DNA from: Candidatus Eiseniibacteriota bacterium
GTDB taxonomy: Bacteria; Eisenbacteria; RBG-16-71-46
Direction: 5' to 3'
Assembly: GCA_963776245.1 (NCBI GenBank)
Contig: CAVZLN010000008.1
Span: 352,001 to 416,000 of the forward strand
Length of the DNA: 64,000 nt
In this document: positions 62,860-64,000 of the stretch, one piece after another
How the letters are laid out: every line of letters starts with the position of its first letter
How positions within the stretch are numbered: the stretch's first letter is position 1
Notes under the pieces: model-generated
Told to the model about the DNA's origin: nothing
Databases searched by the model: none
Seen by the model: the letters and a program-made list of their open reading frames with translations, nothing else
Position numbers and translations under genes: made by a program

Positions 62860-63834
62860 TCATCCGGAATGCGGACGAGTGTCGCCCCGGGCATCGGCAC
62901 CATCCGGAGCCGGCACCGCTGGCGCCGGCCTCGGCCAGCGCAGCGAGGCCCATACCGACAGCGCCAGGATCGCCGCCACCACGATGAGCGAGACCAGCGT
63001 CGGCACCTTCACCACGTCCATCATCATCATCTTGCCGCCGACGAACATGAGGATGGCCGAGAGCCCGTAGTGCAGGTGGTGGAAGAGTGTCATGAAGCCC
63101 GCCAGGGCGAAGTAGAGCGCGCGCAGCCCGAGGATCGCGAATGCGTTCGAGGCGTACGCGATGAACGGGTCGCGCGTGATCGCCAGCACCGCGGGGATCG
63201 AGTCCACCGCGAACAGGAGGTCGGTGGTCTCGACCAGGACCAGCACCACCAGCATCGGGGTGGCCAGCCAGCGCCCGGCGCGGCGCACCACGAACCGCCC
63301 GTCGATGGGACCCTCCACCATCGGAACGATGCGGCGGAACAGCCGGATCACCGGGTTGCGCTCCGGCTCGATCACCTGGTCCTTCTGCCTCCACATCTTG
63401 ATCCCGGACACGATGAGGATCGCCCCGAACAGGTAGATGAGTCCATGGAAGCGCTCGAGCAACGCCACTCCCGCGAGGATGAACCCGAGCCGCATGACGA
63501 GCGCGCCCAGGATGCCCCAGAACAGCACGCCGTGCTGGAACCGGGCCGGCACCTGGAAGTACGCGAAGACGAGCAGGAAGACGAACAGGTTGTCGACGCT
63601 CAGGGACTTCTCGATCAGGTAGGCCGTCAGGAACTCGAGGCCCACCTGCGGGCCGCGCCACCACCACAGCCCGACGTTGAAGGCGAGCGCGAGCGCGATC
63701 CACACCACGCTCCAGCCCACCGCCTCGCGCAGGTGCACCGCGTGCGGCCGGCGGTGGAACACCAGCAGGTCCACCAGCAGCATCGCGAGGATGAACAGGT
63801 TGAGCGCGATCCAGGCCCAGCCGATGGAGGTCAC
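62860..63834 (-). CDS. terC: TerC/Alx family membrane protein
   Basis: YLIEKSLSVDNLFVF, QHGVLFWGILGA, ETTDLLFAVDSIPAV, SNAFAILGLRALYF. Confidence 0.94.
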   Translation of the reverse strand: MTSIGWAWIALNLFILAMLLVDLLVFHRRPHAVHLREAVGWSVVWIALALAFNVGLWWWRGPQVGLEFLTAYLIEKSLSVDNLFVFLLVFAYFQVPARFQHGVLFWGILGALVMRLGFILAGVALLERFHGLIYLFGAILIVSGIKMWRQKDQVIEPERNPVIRLFRRIVPMVEGPIDGRFVVRRAGRWLATPMLVVLVLVETTDLLFAVDSIPAVLAITRDPFIAYASNAFAILGLRALYFALAGFMTLFHHLHYGLSAILMFVGGKMMMMDVVKVPTLVSLIVVAAILALSVWASLRWPRPAPAVPAPDGADARGDTRPHSG

Positions 63835-63883
63835 GGAAGTCCCCGGGTGAGGGAGTGGTGGGGCGGGGGCGGCCGGTGATGGA

Positions 63884-63974
63884 TGGCGGAGAGAGTGGGA
63901 TTCGAACCCACGAGGCGGTATAAGCGCCTACACGATTTCCAATCGTGCTCCTTCAACCGCTCGGACATCTCTCC
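63884..63974 (-). tRNA. tRNA-Ser (anticodon GGA)
   Basis: GGAGAGA..CACGA-TTGGAAA-TCGTG, long variable arm, GGTTCGAATCC, GCCA end. Confidence 0.97.
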
Positions 63975-64000
63975 GCACCGGCCGCAGAGGCCGCGGGCAT

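Overview
Very GC-rich bacterial chromosome segment, mostly core genes on the minus strand. A diderm envelope, selA, mglBA, spoVG and several secreted proteins with an FlgD-Ig/T9SS-like tail suggest an FCB-related candidate lineage such as Ca. Eisenbacteria; this is inference only. Order: csp, DEAD-box helicase, archease, radC, a secreted hypothetical, ftsY-smc, selA, a hybrid sensor kinase, livKHMGF, a double-domain amidase, tonB, envelope genes, rplI-yybS-rpsR-ssb-rpsF-pth-rplY-prs-tRNA-Gln-spoVG-ispE, a UbiA-type phosphoribosyltransferase with gmhA-rfbD-rfbA, alaS, the recX-recA-thpR-cinA region interrupted by three large secreted beta-propeller proteins, pgpA-mglA-mglB, a rearranged PNAG operon (pgaD-C-A-B), a CNNM protein, recR-ybaB-dnaX, SRP RNA, tRNA-Ala, terC and tRNA-Ser. 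Many essential genes at 0.5-2 kb, ~8 kb, 26.7-37 kb and ~58.8 kb are broken by single-base indels, most likely sequencing or assembly error. I saw no CRISPR array, transposase, integrase or reverse transcriptase. Best leads: the pgaDCAB-like cassette beside an MglB/MglA polarity module whose MglA has a long disordered tail, the CTD-tagged propeller proteins, a candidate SOS box in the recA promoter, and a structured csp leader RNA. None is shown here to be a new system.
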